Shown here one piece after another: positions 63,331-64,000 of a stretch of DNA of 64,000 nt. The position numbers were made by a program, and so were the translations under genes. The stretch is from Dicyema japonicum (Eukaryota > Animalia > Dicyemida), in contig RDEW01000011.1 of the NCBI GenBank assembly GCA_011109175.1, positions 992,612-1,056,611 on the forward strand, in the 5' to 3' direction. The notes under the pieces are model-generated. The model was not told the origin of the DNA, made no database searches, and was given only the letters and a program-made list of their open reading frames with translations. Numbering within the stretch: position 1 is the first letter of the stretch; each line of letters opens with the position of its first letter.

Positions 63331-63521
63331 TACAACCTGAGTCGGAGTGATGGCCTGTTTTATCTATAGATTTCTTTAATTCATTTCTTCTTGCAATAAA
63401 GACCTCGTTTCTGTGCCGAATTTATCTGAAAAGTCTTAAACTTTTTTCGGGCTTGCAAAATTTTTTTATTAATAAATCCAACGGCCTATCGAGGAAAAGT
63501 TACATTTTATTATTTTAAGTT

Positions 63522-63800
63522 AGAGATTTTACAATTTTAAATGCTAGATTTTATCATTTAACTACTAATTTTTTTAATTATAATTGCTAGATTTTGTGAA
63601 TTTTTATGCTAAAAAATTTTTTTAAGTGCTAGAAACGACTTGCCTATTTATGAGGTTTAAAGAGATTTTACAATTTTAAATGCTAGATTTTATCATTTAA
63701 CTACTAATTTTTTTAATTATAATTGCTAGATTTTGTGAATTTTTATGCTAAAAAATTTTTTTAAGTGCTAGAAACGACTTGCCTATTTATGAGGTTTAAA
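63522..63800. repeat. 139-bp tandem duplication, probably an assembly artefact
   Basis: Copies start at 63522 and 63661. Confidence 0.8.
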
Positions 63801-64000
63801 TCTTATTTTTATCATAACTAAGTCTAACCAACGTAAATACCCATTAAAACTTTTTATAATCTCAAATTTTTATTTCTTCAGATAATTCTTACATTCTTAT
63901 AAAGACGAGGAAGAACCGTAATAATATGTTAGAAATTCTATATGAACATATTGTCACTAACATAAATATGTTAAAGTCCAAATTGATCTTTGTATAATCC

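Noticed and set aside
63302-63357. 28-bp tandem repeat
   Set aside because: It sits at the RTE 5' truncation point and fits a template slip during insertion.
1-64000. tRNA, rRNA, snRNA or spliced-leader genes as CRE targets
   Set aside because: None recognisable by eye. tRNAscan-SE and Infernal would be needed to exclude them.

Overview
AT-rich eukaryotic scaffold from a draft assembly. It has N gaps and several assembly-type tandem duplications. About three quarters of the window is nested, mostly decayed transposons: CRE-type and R4/Dong-type RLE retroelements, RTE elements, Ingi/Vingi-like APE-RT elements, pogo/Tigger, IS630-Tc1, a Ginger/KRBA2-like integrase and a Helitron. Seven compact host genes sit between them: an orphan secreted protein, eIF3a, MVB12, UMPS, USO1/p115, a DRAM-family gene and a NACHT-WD40 (NWD-like) gene. 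I rebuilt them by hand, and about 50 introns fall between 21 and 29 nt (mode 24). MABP-UMA-type MVB12, DRAM, NWD and OPRT-ODC-fused UMPS point to an animal. The tiny introns suggest a reduced parasite such as a dicyemid or myxozoan (inference only). The most interesting signals are: (1) CRE retroelements with an N-terminal C4HC3 PHD finger and a shared 5' E-box motif, inserted without evident sequence specificity; (2) four APE-RT elements with 2A/StopGo-like peptides, one possibly with a decayed HDV-like ribozyme; (3) two UMPS introns that restore conserved protein only if spliced at non-AG acceptors; (4) an in-frame, RT-less R4 nuclease fusion. No database searches were run, so all family assignments come from motif recognition.
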